Both the position numbers and the translations under genes were made by a program. Below, one piece after another: positions 12,901 through 25,626 of a stretch of 64,000 nucleotides of DNA; the first letter of the stretch is position 1; each line of letters opens with the position of its first letter. Location of the stretch: assembly GCA_965153355.1 (NCBI GenBank), contig OZ231126.1, positions 17,050,001 through 17,114,000 of the forward strand, in the 5' to 3' direction. A model generated the notes under the pieces. The model saw only the letters and a list, made by a program, of their open reading frames with translations. It had not been told where the DNA came from and ran no database searches. This DNA comes from Flaccisagitta enflata. Its lineage: Eukaryota.

Positions 12901-15217
12901 CGTAAATATTGGAGTTTCATCTTGCTCATCCTCCTCCTTATTCATTTCAATGCATAAATAGTCGCAAAAGCTTTAAATGGTCAGCAGTAGCCGTTGCCCG
13001 ATGAGGTGCGGCACGGAACCAAATGTTGTGATCTGATGCTGTTTCCTTTCACATATAAGATGAATATGTCATTGTGCCCTATTTCATTCTCTGTCCAATT
13101 GGCAAAGTCAAAATCATGTTCATGATCATGTTCATTCGCATCCCCCAATGTTTACTTCTTTACCTTTAACATGAAAGCGTGACTTAGAGCCTTTTTTCTC
13201 AACGCCGCCATTATCAGAAAACAAACGCCGTAAGTGGCCAACAAACCAATTCTGACGTGATAAACCCTCGCCTCTTTTTCTAGTCGAGAAGTTTGGACGT
13301 CATTTGACTTTGGCAGCCAATCAAAATCCATGATTCATTAACTGCCGAGGTAATGTTTTGAATCTTGCATACAATGAAAATCCAAAACTCATCAACTGTT
13401 GAGCCAATGTTTTTTCTAATCCAATGTGTATAGACCTGACACTTAGATAGAAGTCAATACTGCATTATAAGGAATCACACGAAGAGAGCCTAAAATTTTG
13501 GACCATATGGCTTGCTCATGATTCATAGATATCCCTGCTATACATTAGATGTCTCTGAAAAAAGACCTGACTATTTTTAAGAACAGCTGATACAAACAAG
13601 CCCAATACAAGTCCCGCGCGGGATTAAAATTACTAAATCCTTAGTCGGGTGCATGCGACTCTACACCCCGCTTTGTCCGTCTGTCTGTTTGTCCATCCAT
13701 CCGTTGGACTCTCAGTTGGTCCATCTTACTTTAACTTTTTCATCCTTTAAGTCATTTTTAGTCATTTAAGAGTATACTAAGTCATTCTAAGTCATTCTAA
13801 GTCATTCATAGTCATTATGTAAGTCTCGCACGCGACCTGAAGGTGTTGGCCTTGTTTGAATATGTTCTATTGTCTCAATCAACATGCAATTTTGAGCTTC
13901 ACTAGAGCATATGCCAAGGGACTGGGCGAAATAATGCCTTATATCGGGTGTTCGAATAAAAAGTTTAGAGTTTTTCTGTTGAATACGCACACTATGTAGC
14001 ATTTAGAGGCGCAAACAAAGTACCATTTGATAGAGGTCAATCTGTGTATGTCCAAGTTTTGCCAGGGAGCATCACGGGGCTGTCACACATAGTTATGCTC
14101 CCTAGCAACGGCTAAACGAGCAACCTTCTTACGGATCATATTGTGGGAAAGTTGTAGCAAATTTTATTTTAAACAACGTACCCTCAAAATACTACTCGAC
14201 TCATAAAAAAAGCCGCACTTTTAAATGGCAAATTGTCATACTGAATTTCAAAATAACTAATTAAAATCTTAGACTGTTAGAATAAGTAAAAACATTGCCA
14301 TTTTCAGTTTGCAATCCTATTGAAAAATGAGCATTTTTACAAAATAAGAAGATAACTTTGACAAGCTCTAGCTCCTAAACTGTTTGAGATATCCCGAATG
14401 ACTTAGAATGTCTTAGAGAAATAAAATAGATACAGTAGATCTCATCTAGACTTGAGATAATGGGGGCAAGCATTGCAGGAAAACAAATGAAGCCAGGGGA
14501 GTGATATTTCAAATATAGACTAATAACGGGATGCTTTATTGCCCATGATAGCTGGTTGCCATGGAAACACATTTCCATGTATTCTCGCTAAAGTATCAAT
14601 ATTTTGAGAGATTTTTTTAGGGAACATTGCTTAAAATAAAATTTGCTACAACTTTCCCTGTTATATTGTAGAAATGTTGCTTTCGTTTGGCCGTTACTTT
14701 CTGGACCGTATCATGTGTGACAACCCCTAGCAACCACTAAACAGACATTCTCTGAAACTATACTATTGAAAAGACAATAACTATTCTGACACAGCAATGT
14801 TCTAAAATCTCTCAGGTATTGATACTGGCAAATCTATGGAAATGACCATAACAGCCAATATTCATAGGCAATAAAGCATCCCGTTATTAGTGTATGTTTC
14901 GTGTATCTCTTCCCTGGCTTCATTTGTTTTTCTACAATACTTGCCCCCGTTGTCTCAAATCTAGACGAGATCTGCTGTGTTGGACGTTAAAATATAAGAA
15001 AATTTGAAAATCTTGGTGCTAAGCAAAAAATGTTCAAATCATTTGTTTTTCTTATTCTTTAACTCAAAATAGGGTGCGGCTTTTTTTTTTTTTAGTCGAG
15101 TAGTATTGATACTTTAGCGTGAATTCATAGAAATGTGTTTCCATGGAAACCATTAACCATGGGCAATAAAGCATCTTTGTATTAGTCTATATTCTAAATA
15201 TCAATCTCTTAGATATA

Positions 15218-15393
15218 CAGTAGGACCCCGCCTCATTGGTCACATTGGGACTGAAGATTTTTAACCTTTATCTTAGGTTCACCTTTACAGAGAGGTGAAA
15301 TCACATTAAAAACTATCATTAGGGACTTTAAAATGTTAACCTCTATTGATGGGGAACCTTTAAAAGAGGGTCTTTTATTACTGGGTTCCACTG
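15218..15393. mobile_element. Short TA-flanked MITE (CAGT termini)
   Basis: taCAGTAGGACCCCGC ... CTGGGTTCCACTGta. Confidence 0.6.
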
Positions 15394-15485
15394 TATTTGT
15401 TTTCATGTAATGAATTCCCCCGTATTTTCAAGTCTAGACAACATCTACTGTACTATCGTATAAACATTTTAGGTATGATATAATA

Positions 15486-16827
15486 CACCGTCTTTAAATC
15501 GAAATGGCAAATAGTAAACCTTTATAGCTCCAAAACTACAAGCCTAAAAACCTTCAAATTTTTGTCAATGTTTGTAACAACAGACCATTTTGTCATGCCA
15601 AAACTCAGATTTTAATACTCAATAGTTTTGGGGTCAATAAAGAATTGAAAAGGTATCAATTCTATGGAAAGAATCAATTTGTCCCAGCTATAGTTTGAAG
15701 AGTCTCTTTTTTTATTGTTTTTTTCCTGATTAACGGGGCGAGCAAAAAATTTTGCACAACTCTGATAAAGCATTGAAAAATCATACAATGCAAGGCAAAT
15801 ATCATCATGATATGAATCAAATACTTGATTTCAGTGATTTAGAATGCTAATGAGCCAATACTGTTGGTTATAGGCAAGAGATGAGGTCTAGAAAATGAAT
15901 TATCATAATGGTAACATGTAGTCTATGTGCGATGATTTTGACTGTTTCCTTGATCAAGTGGCATTGGTTTTTCTTCATTTTGTTGAATAATTCTAATACC
16001 CCTGGCCAATTGTCAGTTGTTATGACTATCTGACATGAAGGTAACATGTTTTGTATAATAACAATTAGCAGGGGACGCCATACATGGGAAAAACACTAGA
16101 ATGAGTGGAATTTCATTCTCTCCAAAATTCTTGTAAAATCCTTGCAAAATCTGACTGTGCGGTTCAACTTTGAGGCCTTCTAATGGGAGCAGCAATTGGA
16201 CAAGTGAATGTGTAATAGAACTAGTTCTGGGGTGCTGATCAAAATTTCATTCTTTCAAAGCACCTAAAAGTGCTGTTTCTAAACTTACATGTTTGTGCAA
16301 AATTTTTTGCTCATCCTGTTTAGCAAGCTTGAACCCTGGAGATGGTCTTAAATGAAGAGTCACAAATCATGAATATAAATTCTGCTTGTATTTATGAAGA
16401 TTTGAATGATTTTCAAATGATTGACAGTCTCAATTTTAGCAATGATTGTCAAAAACCAATGATAATCTCAGAATATCTCCAACTTTTTTCAATTTTTTGG
16501 GTACATGTTTGATCTCTGAAAAATTTCCTATCATTTGAGACCAACCCCCGAGTTCTAACTCTATTTTTTTACATTTGTATATTGATAAAGACTGGTTTTC
16601 TCCAATAAATCAAGATTCAAAGATTAAGCCCTTAAATTTGGCATATTCTGTGTGTTATACTGACCCCAAACTATTCAGTATCAAAATCTGAGTTTTTGCA
16701 TGACAAAATGGTCAGTTGTTACCAACATTCAATGAAGATTTGAAGGCTTTTGGGCTTGTAGTTTTGGAGCTACAAAGGTTTACTGTTTCATATACTGAGT
16801 ATTTGCCATTTCGATTTAAAGACGGTG
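15486..16827. mobile_element. TA-flanked foldback MITE containing a nested TIR element (~15733-16320)
   Basis: taCACCGTCTTTAAATCGAAATGGCAAATA ... TATTTGCCATTTCGATTTAAAGACGGTGta with long inverted arms; inner GCGAGCAAAAAATTTTGCACAA / TTGTGCAAAATTTTTTGCTCATC. Confidence 0.9.
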
Positions 16828-16834
16828 TATGATA

Positions 16835-17600
16835 CAGGGTCATCAATCTCAATTGAAAAAAAGTACTAAGCTATTGTGTCTCAATGCTTCATTTTCATGA
16901 TGTGAAATTGATTTTCTCTTAAAGTACTATGTTTGACGTTTTTTGTGTCAAAATTTTGTTGGTCCAGGTTAAATAGTTTGTCCACAGCCTCAATTTGAAG
17001 TAGTTGTGCAATTTCCAGCTGATGCAAAATTGAAATATTGCTTACAAGAGTGTCTTTCTTTAAAATGCTCTCATTTCTAAACTGTTAGAGCTACAAATGC
17101 CAGATTGGTCTCAAATGAAAGATAATTTGATGTAGTTTTTCAAATTTTCTTTGGTTTATGGGTAATGAATTAGGTATTCAGGAAGTAAGTTTCATGGCCT
17201 TGAAATCGATTTTTTTGACAAAATTCCTTTGATCTGTGGATTTTTCAATAAAAAGTATGACAAATAGATGCAAGACTGTTTTCCTCTTTTTGATAGCAAA
17301 AATTATATTAAATTATCTTTCATTCGAGACCAATCTGGCATTTGTAGTTCAAGCCATTTAGAAATGAGACCAATTTAAAGAGAAACTACCATGTGAAAAA
17401 CTATTTTTCCTTTATTTTACCACTAAAAACTGCTCATACTTCAAATTGATATTAGACGAAAACAATTTGGCCAAAGTTTATGAAATTTTGATACAAAAAA
17501 CGTCAATCAATGCTCTTTATAGAAAACTCGATTTCAGGTCACCCAGTTGACACATCTTTGCGAAAAAGCTTAAAAGATTTTTCAGAAACGAGATTGATAA
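16835..17600. mobile_element. MITE related to 10703-11315 and 22300-22457; right end degraded
   Basis: taCAGGGTCATCAATCTCAATTG...; inverted internal arms; CGAGATTGAT near 17590. Confidence 0.6.
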
Positions 17601-17905
17601 TGTAGATTTAGGTCAATTGATCAAAACCTATGCAGTGGGCTAGTATTAATAACACAATGTGAATGTGCATTGAAAATACTCAAGTTGCTATTTGTGAAAG
17701 ATTGAGACCTTGCGCAACCTTCAACTCCTTGTATCTTCATTGCTCACAAAATGAACAAAAAAAGTTGATAAAAGTTTAACAAAATTTCAATTTCGTTTGC
17801 AGCAATCCGGTAAAAAAGTTTTCCCCCGGAATCTTCCCTACGCCAGTTTTTAAATTGAACGTTTTCAAGGCGCGCTTTTGTCAACTCAGTCTACGCACAA
17901 TATAA

Positions 17906-18003
17906 ATACATATAATACATATAATACATATAATACATATAATACATATAATACATATAATAATACATATAATACATATAATACATATAATACATATAAT
18001 ACA
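17906..18003. repeat. 9-bp tandem repeat (ATACATATA)n
   Basis: About 10 copies. Confidence 0.9.
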
Positions 18004-21000
18004 GAGGGGAAGTGCATTGTAACAAAGGAAGTAAAAAAGTCAATTCTATCAGACTGACAATTGAAAAATTGCTTGATAATCGATATTAAAACGATTTCCT
18101 GTCTAGCTTTTTAGTTGCGGACACGCAACTCTATAAGAGGCTTTGTTTGTCCGTTGGTCCATCGTTTCATCACGCTTGAGTAGTCACGCTCAAGTTGAAT
18201 ACGCAAAAAACGCGTATTTATGATGCTGCAGTTGGTATTGTCTATATGTGAGTGTGTTGGAGGACGGTTGGGGGTGATGTTGAGGTGATTGGGTTTCGAT
18301 GCCCCTGCCCATCCATCCGCAACAATGTTGTGACCCCGAGTCACTTGTTTTCTTTCCATTTACTTTTGTTTTCTTTTCGTTTCCCCATTTTTACTTTCCA
18401 TTTACCTTTTTCTTCTTTTCGTTTTCCTTTCTTTTTTCGTTTTATTTTCTTTCTTCTTTCCATTCCGTTTTCCTTCCGTTCTTTCTTCCTCTCCGTTTTC
18501 CCTCCCTCCTCTTTTTCCTTTTTCCTCTTTTTTTTCCCGTTATTCCTTTTCTTTTTTCCCTTTTTCTCCGTTTTCCTTTTTTCCTTTTTTTTTCCCTTTC
18601 CTTCCGTTTCCTTTCTTCCTTTCTTCTGTTTTTCCTTTCTTTCTTTCCAGAAAGCTAAAGGGTCGATGACCTACGCTTTCACACATATGGGGGATTTTCT
18701 CCTTCTTCTCCTTCTCCTCCTCCTTCTTCTCCATCCCAGGCTCGAGGCTCGAATCTGATCCTGAGACCCCAAATCAGCCTCATGGCCCAAATTCTAGCCT
18801 CAAGGCTCAAATCCTAGCGTGGAGGCCCATATTTTAGCCTGGAGGCCCAGATTTCAGCCTTGAGGCCCAAATCCCTGCCAACAGACCCAGATCTCAACCT
18901 CCGGGCTAAAATTTAGGCCTCCAGGCTAGGATTTGGGCCATGAGGCTGGGCTTTGGGTCTCAGGACTGGGATTCGAGCCTCGAGCCTGGGTGGGGAGGGC
19001 GAACGGAGAAGAAGGAGGAGGAGAAGGAGAAGAAGGAGAAAATCCTCCATATGTGTGAAAGCATAGGACATCGACCCCTTCGGGGCCGCTGCCCTGCTTC
19101 CCCTTCAACTTCAAGCAAAACCACCTACTCCCGGCAAGGCACCGGGTACCATGATATCTAACACTTTTGCGACTATTTTTTTTCTTCCTTTCTGTCCGTT
19201 TTCTGATCTTCCTTTCTGTCCGTTTTCTGTTCTTCCTTTTTTGGGCAGCGGCATCACGCAGCAGAACACAGGGGCTTTCGTTCGTCCCGTCCGTCTGTCC
19301 ATTCGTCCGTCGTTAGTCCCCCCTATCAGGCCCCTCAGGCCCCAAATCCAGCCTCTCAGGTCTCAAATCTGGCCTCTCAGGCCTCAAATCCAGCCTCTCA
19401 GGCGGTCAGGCCTCGCGTCCAGCCCCTCAGGCCTCATATTTGGTCTCTCAGGTCTCAAATCTGGTCTGTCAGGTCTCAAATCAGCCCCTCAGGCCTCCAA
19501 GCCTGGCCTCTCCAGGCCTCAAAATTAACCCTCGCAGGCCTCAAATTAGCCCTCTCAGGCCTCAAATTATGCCTCACTGGCCTCAAAGTAGTGCTGTCAG
19601 GCTTCAAATCAGACCTGATGGCCATTTAAGCCTTGGGAAAGCCTTCAGACTCTATAGCATCTCATCAATGTTTTCAGGCAGGGCAGACGAAAGTCCCCCT
19701 GTGTTCTGCAGGACTTACGTCCCCTTCAGGGCCGCTGCCCTGCTTCCCATATGAAATTCCTGGCTCATGCAAAAGCAGAACAACAGGTATCGCTGACCAC
19801 ATATTGCCCTTGGGCGACCTGTACCATTTTCCTCTCTTCCTTTTTCTCCATTTTCCTTTCTTCCCTTCATTCCGTTTTCCTACCTTCCTTACTATTTTCT
19901 TTGCTTCCTCTTTTTACATTTTCCTCTCTACCTTTTGATCCATCTGCCTTTCTCGCTCTCCGTTTTCCTTTATTCCTTGCTGTCTGTTTTCTGATCTTCC
20001 TTTCTTTTCCTTTTTTTTCTTCCTTTCTTTTTGTTTTCTTTTTTTCTTTCTTTCGATTTTCCTTTCTTTCTTTACATTTTTCTCTCTTCCTTTCTTTCCA
20101 TTTTTCCTTCTTACTTTCCTTTAAGTCTTCCTTTATTTACGTTTTCATTTCCTCCTTTCTTTTCATTTTCCTATCATTCTTTCTTTCCATTTTTCTTTCT
20201 TTCTTTCCATTTTTCTTTCTCTCTTTCCATTTTTCTTTCTTTCTAAACATTTTCTTTTCTTCCTTTCCTTCACGTTTTCCTTTCTTTACATTTTCTTTTC
20301 TTTACGTTTTCCTTTCCTCCATTCTTTCCATTTTTCTTCCTTCCTTTCTTTCCATTTTCCTTTCCTTCTGTTTTTCGTTCTTCCTATTGTTCTGTTTTCC
20401 TCTCTTTCTTTTATCCTTTCTTCCATATGAGTTATGTTTCCATTTTCCTTTCTTTCTTCACGTTTTCCTTTCTTTCCTTAGGCTTTCCTTTCTTCCTTTC
20501 TTTTCATTTTCCTTTCTCTACGTTTTCCTTTCTCTATGTTTTCCATTCTTCCTTTCCATTTTCCTCTTTTTGGGCAGCGGCCCCGAAGAAGACAGAAGTC
20601 CTGTGGGCTCAGGGTTTTGTTCGTCCGTCCGTCCGTCCGTTCGTTCGTCCGTTCGTCCCCCCCCGCCCCTCAAATCTGGCCTCTGATACCTCAAATTTGG
20701 CCTCTGAGACCTCAAATCTGGCCTCTCAGGCCTCTAATCCAGCCTCTCAGGCCTCAAATCCAGCCTCCCAGGCTCAAATCCAGCCTCACAGGCCTCTCCG
20801 GCCTCAAATTCAACCTTTAGGCCACAAATTCAACCTCTCAGGCCTCAGATTAGGCTTCTCAGGCCTCAATTCCAAATTCTCAGGCCTCAAACCTAACCCC
20901 TCAGGCCTCAAATTAGGCCTCTCAGGTCTCAAATCAGCTGTCTAAGCCTCAATTTATTGCTCTCAGTGCTCTGACCTTTCAAGCCTCAATCCAGCTCTCT

Positions 21001-21383
21001 CAAGCCTCAAGTCAGACCTCTCAAGCCTCAATTCAGCCCTCTCAGCTTCAAATTGGCATTCTCAAGCCTTACATCAGCCTTCTTAGACCTTAGTTTAGGC
21101 TCTTGAAGGCCTTCAGTCAGCCCTCTATAGCATCTCATCCACATCTTCAGGCAGAGACGAAGCAGAAAAGGAGTCCCCCTGTGTTCTACTGGACTTAGTC
21201 CCCTTCGGGGCCGCTGCCCAAAAAGCTTCCCTCCTCCAATTCACAATCCTCAAAAGCAGGGCAACGGGTATCGCTGACCACATATTGCCCTTGGGCGACC
21301 TGTTCTGTTTTCCTTTCTTCCTTTATGTTTTCTCTTTTTTTTTCTTTCCCACGGTTTCCGTTTTCCTCTCCTCTTTCTGTTTT

Positions 21384-21482
<99 letters not shown>

Positions 21483-22299
21483 TTCCTTCTTTCTTTCTTT
21501 TTTCTTTCTTTCTTTCCTTCCTTCTTCCTTTTGGGCAGCAGCCCCAAGGGCTTATGTCCTGTAGGACACAGGGGGTAATTTCCATATGTCCGTCCGTCCG
21601 TACGTATGCCCCTCCAAAGCTTCTCATGCCTATCAGGCCTCAAATCTGGCCTCTCAGGCCTCTCTAGCCTCTCAGGCCTCCAAATCCGCCTCTCAGGCCT
21701 CAAGTCAGCCTCTCAGGCCTAAATCTAGCCTCTCAGGCCTCCGAGCCTGTAACCTCTCAATAAATCTGGCCTCTCAGGCCTCATATCCAACCTCTCAGGC
21801 CTCAAATTCAACCTCTTGGGCCCTTAGATCCAACCTCTGGGCCTAAGCCCAGCCTCTTGAAAAATGAAAACCTGTAGAATTCCCATTGAATAACATGGCA
21901 AATTGATAAAAAATTGAAAAAATGCAAAATTCCTAAATCACAGAAATTGCCCCATATATGCCTCTCAGGACGTATGGAAATTCACCCCTGTGTCCCTACA
22001 GGACCTCGGCCCTTGGGGCTGCCTGCTCTGCTCACTCCACTTCTTTAGCTAATCTTTGAAAGCAGGGCATCGGGTACACCTGACCATGTGCGATCCTTGG
22101 ATGACTTGTTTTCCTTCCTTCTTCCTTTCTTTCTTTTAGTCGCGACTCTTCACCTCGCCGTGTCGGTCGGTCCCCCCGTCCGTCTGTCCGTAACATTTTT
22201 GAATATCGAGCGGTTTTCATCCTACTGCTCGGGCTCAACCGTGTGCGACTGGATTGCCAAGTATTCAAACTTGTTTTCTTGCTCATTGATGGACGGATA

Positions 22300-22457
22300 C
22301 CGGGTCATCAATCTCGATTGGGAAAAAGTATTAAGCTTTTGCTCTCAGATGCTTCCTCTACATAACCTGGAATTGTTTTTCTTATATAGTACTATGTTTG
22401 ACATTTTTTGTATCAAAATTTCATTGGTCTTTTTCCCAGCCGAGATTGATGACCCGG
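22300..22457. mobile_element. 158-bp TA-flanked MITE
   Basis: taCCGGGTCATCAATCTCG ... CGAGATTGATGACCCGGta, perfect 17-bp TIR. Confidence 0.85.
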
Positions 22458-22531
22458 TAGTTTAAAAAACACTTGATAAATACAAAAGCGCCGCATAAAA
22501 GCACGCAACCTTATTGGACGTGATCTTCCAA

Positions 22532-22896
22532 TCATTTCCCTAATTTGCATAATGAAGTAATAGCAGAAGACAGTTGATACGAGCTTCCAAAAGATGTTTT
22601 GACAACGAAACTTGACAGCGACAATCTATCTGTGATACAGAAGGTAGAGTCAATTATTTCTGACAAGAAATACTGAAACTTGTTCAATAACAGGAAAGTT
22701 TACTTAGGAGTTCTCACCGTTATTGGGCCCAGCGACATCAAGTGAGTATTTTGACGCGGAAAACTGTTATGAGCATTGAACATACAAACATTTGAACGCC
22801 GATTTTTAGCTGATTAGTTATATTTGCTCAAGACGGTTCTTCCCTGTGACTTACAGAGAGATTTTCAACAAAAACGCATACTGATCAGCCCTAATG
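22532..22896 (-). CDS. Candidate 3' end of a small-exon gene (exons ~22896/22880-22855, 22763-22718, 22629-22532)
   Basis: Two short candidate introns: 22854-22764 (GTAAGT...taacAG, 91 bp) and 22717-22630 (GTGAGA...tcacAG, 88 bp); spliced frame open to a stop (e.g. CVFVENLSFSASKYSLDVAGPNNDRLSL...CKLGK*); frame ambiguous. Confidence 0.35.
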
Positions 22897-23303
22897 CTGC
22901 AGGTGAAGATATACTTTTTTAAAAGAGAGTACGTAAAAGATAAAGTAATAAAGCAAAAAGCGACATGATGCAGAGACAGAGCTAAAGAAAAAGACCAAGA
23001 CAAAGGCAAAGGAAAAGATAAGGACAAGAAGAAGGACGAGTACAAAGTTAATGATATAGCGAAGGCTACGTAGAAAGAGGAGAGGAGCGAATAGAGAGAC
23101 CGAAGATGACATTGATTATCATGATTTTCAGTTGGTTGATTGATTCTTTTGTAGCTCCTTGTGTTGGTATGGACTGGAATCGATGGTGTATGATTTTTCT
23201 GTATAGTCGGGTCATGCAACTTCATTTCTTGCAAATGTGTGAGGGACTGGTGATGTGTGGCTCAGGGGGCCAGATCTGTGGTGATGAATTTTGATGTCAG
23301 TGA

Positions 23304-23478
23304 TTTTTTTCGGTTTGTTTGTTTGTTTGTTTGTTTGTTTGTTTGTTTGTTTGTTTGTTTGTTTGTTTGTTTGTTTGTTTGTTTGTTTGTTTGTTAGTTT
23401 GTTTTTTGGTTTGTTTGTTTGTTTTTTGTTTTATTTAATTGTTTGTCTGTTTGTGTGTGTGTGTGTTGTGTCTGTGGG

Positions 23479-23553
<75 letters not shown>

Positions 23554-23613
23554 AGTGAGAGGAGAGTGAGAGAGAGAGGAATTAAAAGAATGAATGATGA
23601 TGATGATGATGAC

Positions 23614-23668
<55 letters not shown>

Positions 23669-23736
23669 GTGATGATGCTGATGATGATGATGCTGATGCT
23701 GCTACTAATGATGATGATACTGATGTGATAAAAATT

Positions 23737-23793
<57 letters not shown>

Positions 23794-23817
23794 ATGATGA
23801 TGATGATGATGATGATG

Positions 23818-23866
<49 letters not shown>
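23304..23866. repeat. Compound microsatellite (TTTG)n/(GT)n/(GAT)n
   Basis: Direct inspection. Confidence 0.95.
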
Positions 23867-25553
23867 CAATCCTAGGCTCTATAGAGTCTATACCAAGCTT
23901 TTCCGTTTCATCTCCATCTTTTTGGAAAATTTCGAGAATAAACTGAATTTGACATTTTGACAACGGCGTCTGTGAGTTGTGTGTCATTTTTTGTCAAAAC
24001 ATGACAAGACCCGTCGAGGACAGGCTCCGGTTCACCCCATAGCATGCAAGCAGGCTTGACACAATTCTCGAAAACGACATTTGTCAAAGGCGATTTCCAC
24101 AATAAGGCGGATCGGCTGAGAGTCAGGTGCCGAATGTGTCACATAAAATGCAGAGAGAAAAATGTCATAACACATGAGTTTCTAGTGCCCCCATTAATCT
24201 AAACTAGAGGTCATACAACCAAGTCTTAGACCCTTATGTGAGTACTTGCCTGAGATAACAAAAAATGATTTGATTCAGTTGATGAAAATTGTGACATTTA
24301 TTGACAGTTGTGCTACCACTTATGCCACCTAATTATAAAAGGCCTAAGCTCACTCAACCTGACTGTCCACGTGACCATGCTTAAAATTGTTACAATTGAG
24401 CTCCGTTCTTACAGACAGACAGACAGGCAAACAGACAGATAGACACATGAACGAGCCCCAGTGGATTTCTACTACCCGTTTCTGCCGATGCTAATCTCTC
24501 CTCCATTTTACAGCCCTTTGCTCATCTGCCGCCTGTCTCAATCAGTGTTTAACAATTGAATGAAATAAAACTTTAAAAACGAATACGAATACGAATGTAA
24601 ATCCCTTTTTCTCTGATTCTTTCTCTCTCTCTCTCTCTCTTTCTTCTTCTTCTTCTTCTTCTTCTTCTTCTTCTTCTTCTTCTTCTTCTTCTTCTTCTCC
24701 TTCTTCTTCTTCTTCTTCTTGTTCTTTTTCAGTATTGTTCAATCGGTACCAAATCACTTTAGATTCAGTTAAAAAAAGAAAAAAATGTTACCAAAATGGC
24801 GCTATGAGGCTATAACGCTATGTCTGATGTTGTTTTAGATTGTCAAATAATGAGTTGTGAAACAATTTAAACAAAATAGTCGGGATGACGTTACAATTTA
24901 ATTCGTACCTTCGCCTTCGGGACTTGAAAAATACCTCGTCCATACCTTACCATATTAGAATGAAGTTACTTTACCTCTGAGTCAATTCTTCTCCGTTTTT
25001 TCGTTTTATAGTCAGCCTTAGTCCTATTTTTTTTTTCAACCGGAGTACAGTGGTAACTGAGATTGAGGTGGGTAAAGATTACTAAAACTGCTTTTGATAG
25101 TTACCAATTGATCCATGGTAAAATCACTTCTTATGTATCTCAAAACGCCCAGTGACGTCAGATCTTTGTATCAAATCCGTTATTGATGCTTGGAAATGCT
25201 TATACTAGTGTTGTGTCCATTTTCTTTCCAAAGAGTAATTCCACCAACTTGCTGTCTTTCCGTTATAGCTCTTCTTCCCTTTCTCTGTTTATTTATTCTT
25301 TTTTTTCGTTACCTACCCGTTCCCATGCCCCCCTCAACCATTAAATTTTTTTTAATTACCCTCTAGTCTTCGTTTTGCTGTCTCGTTATCAATTGTTCTT
25401 TCGTGATTAAATTTCCTGTGAATCTTGACCTACATTAGACTTGTCGAATTATTGTGATATAATTTATATGACCCGAACCTCGAACCAAAAGTAAAAACTA
25501 AAATGTAACATTCCCTCTTTTTGAACCTGGCATGACTTAATTAAACTATTTCA

Positions 25554-25626
<73 letters not shown>

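Noticed and set aside
13160..13212. Minus-strand ATGGCGGCG start with AG|GTAAAG donor
   Set aside because: No convincing downstream exon could be linked to it
19751..20686. 311-aa ORF and similar F/L/S- or K/E/R-rich ORFs (28235, 58881, 59131 etc.)
   Set aside because: Translations of (TTTC)n and other pyrimidine tracts that lack stops by composition
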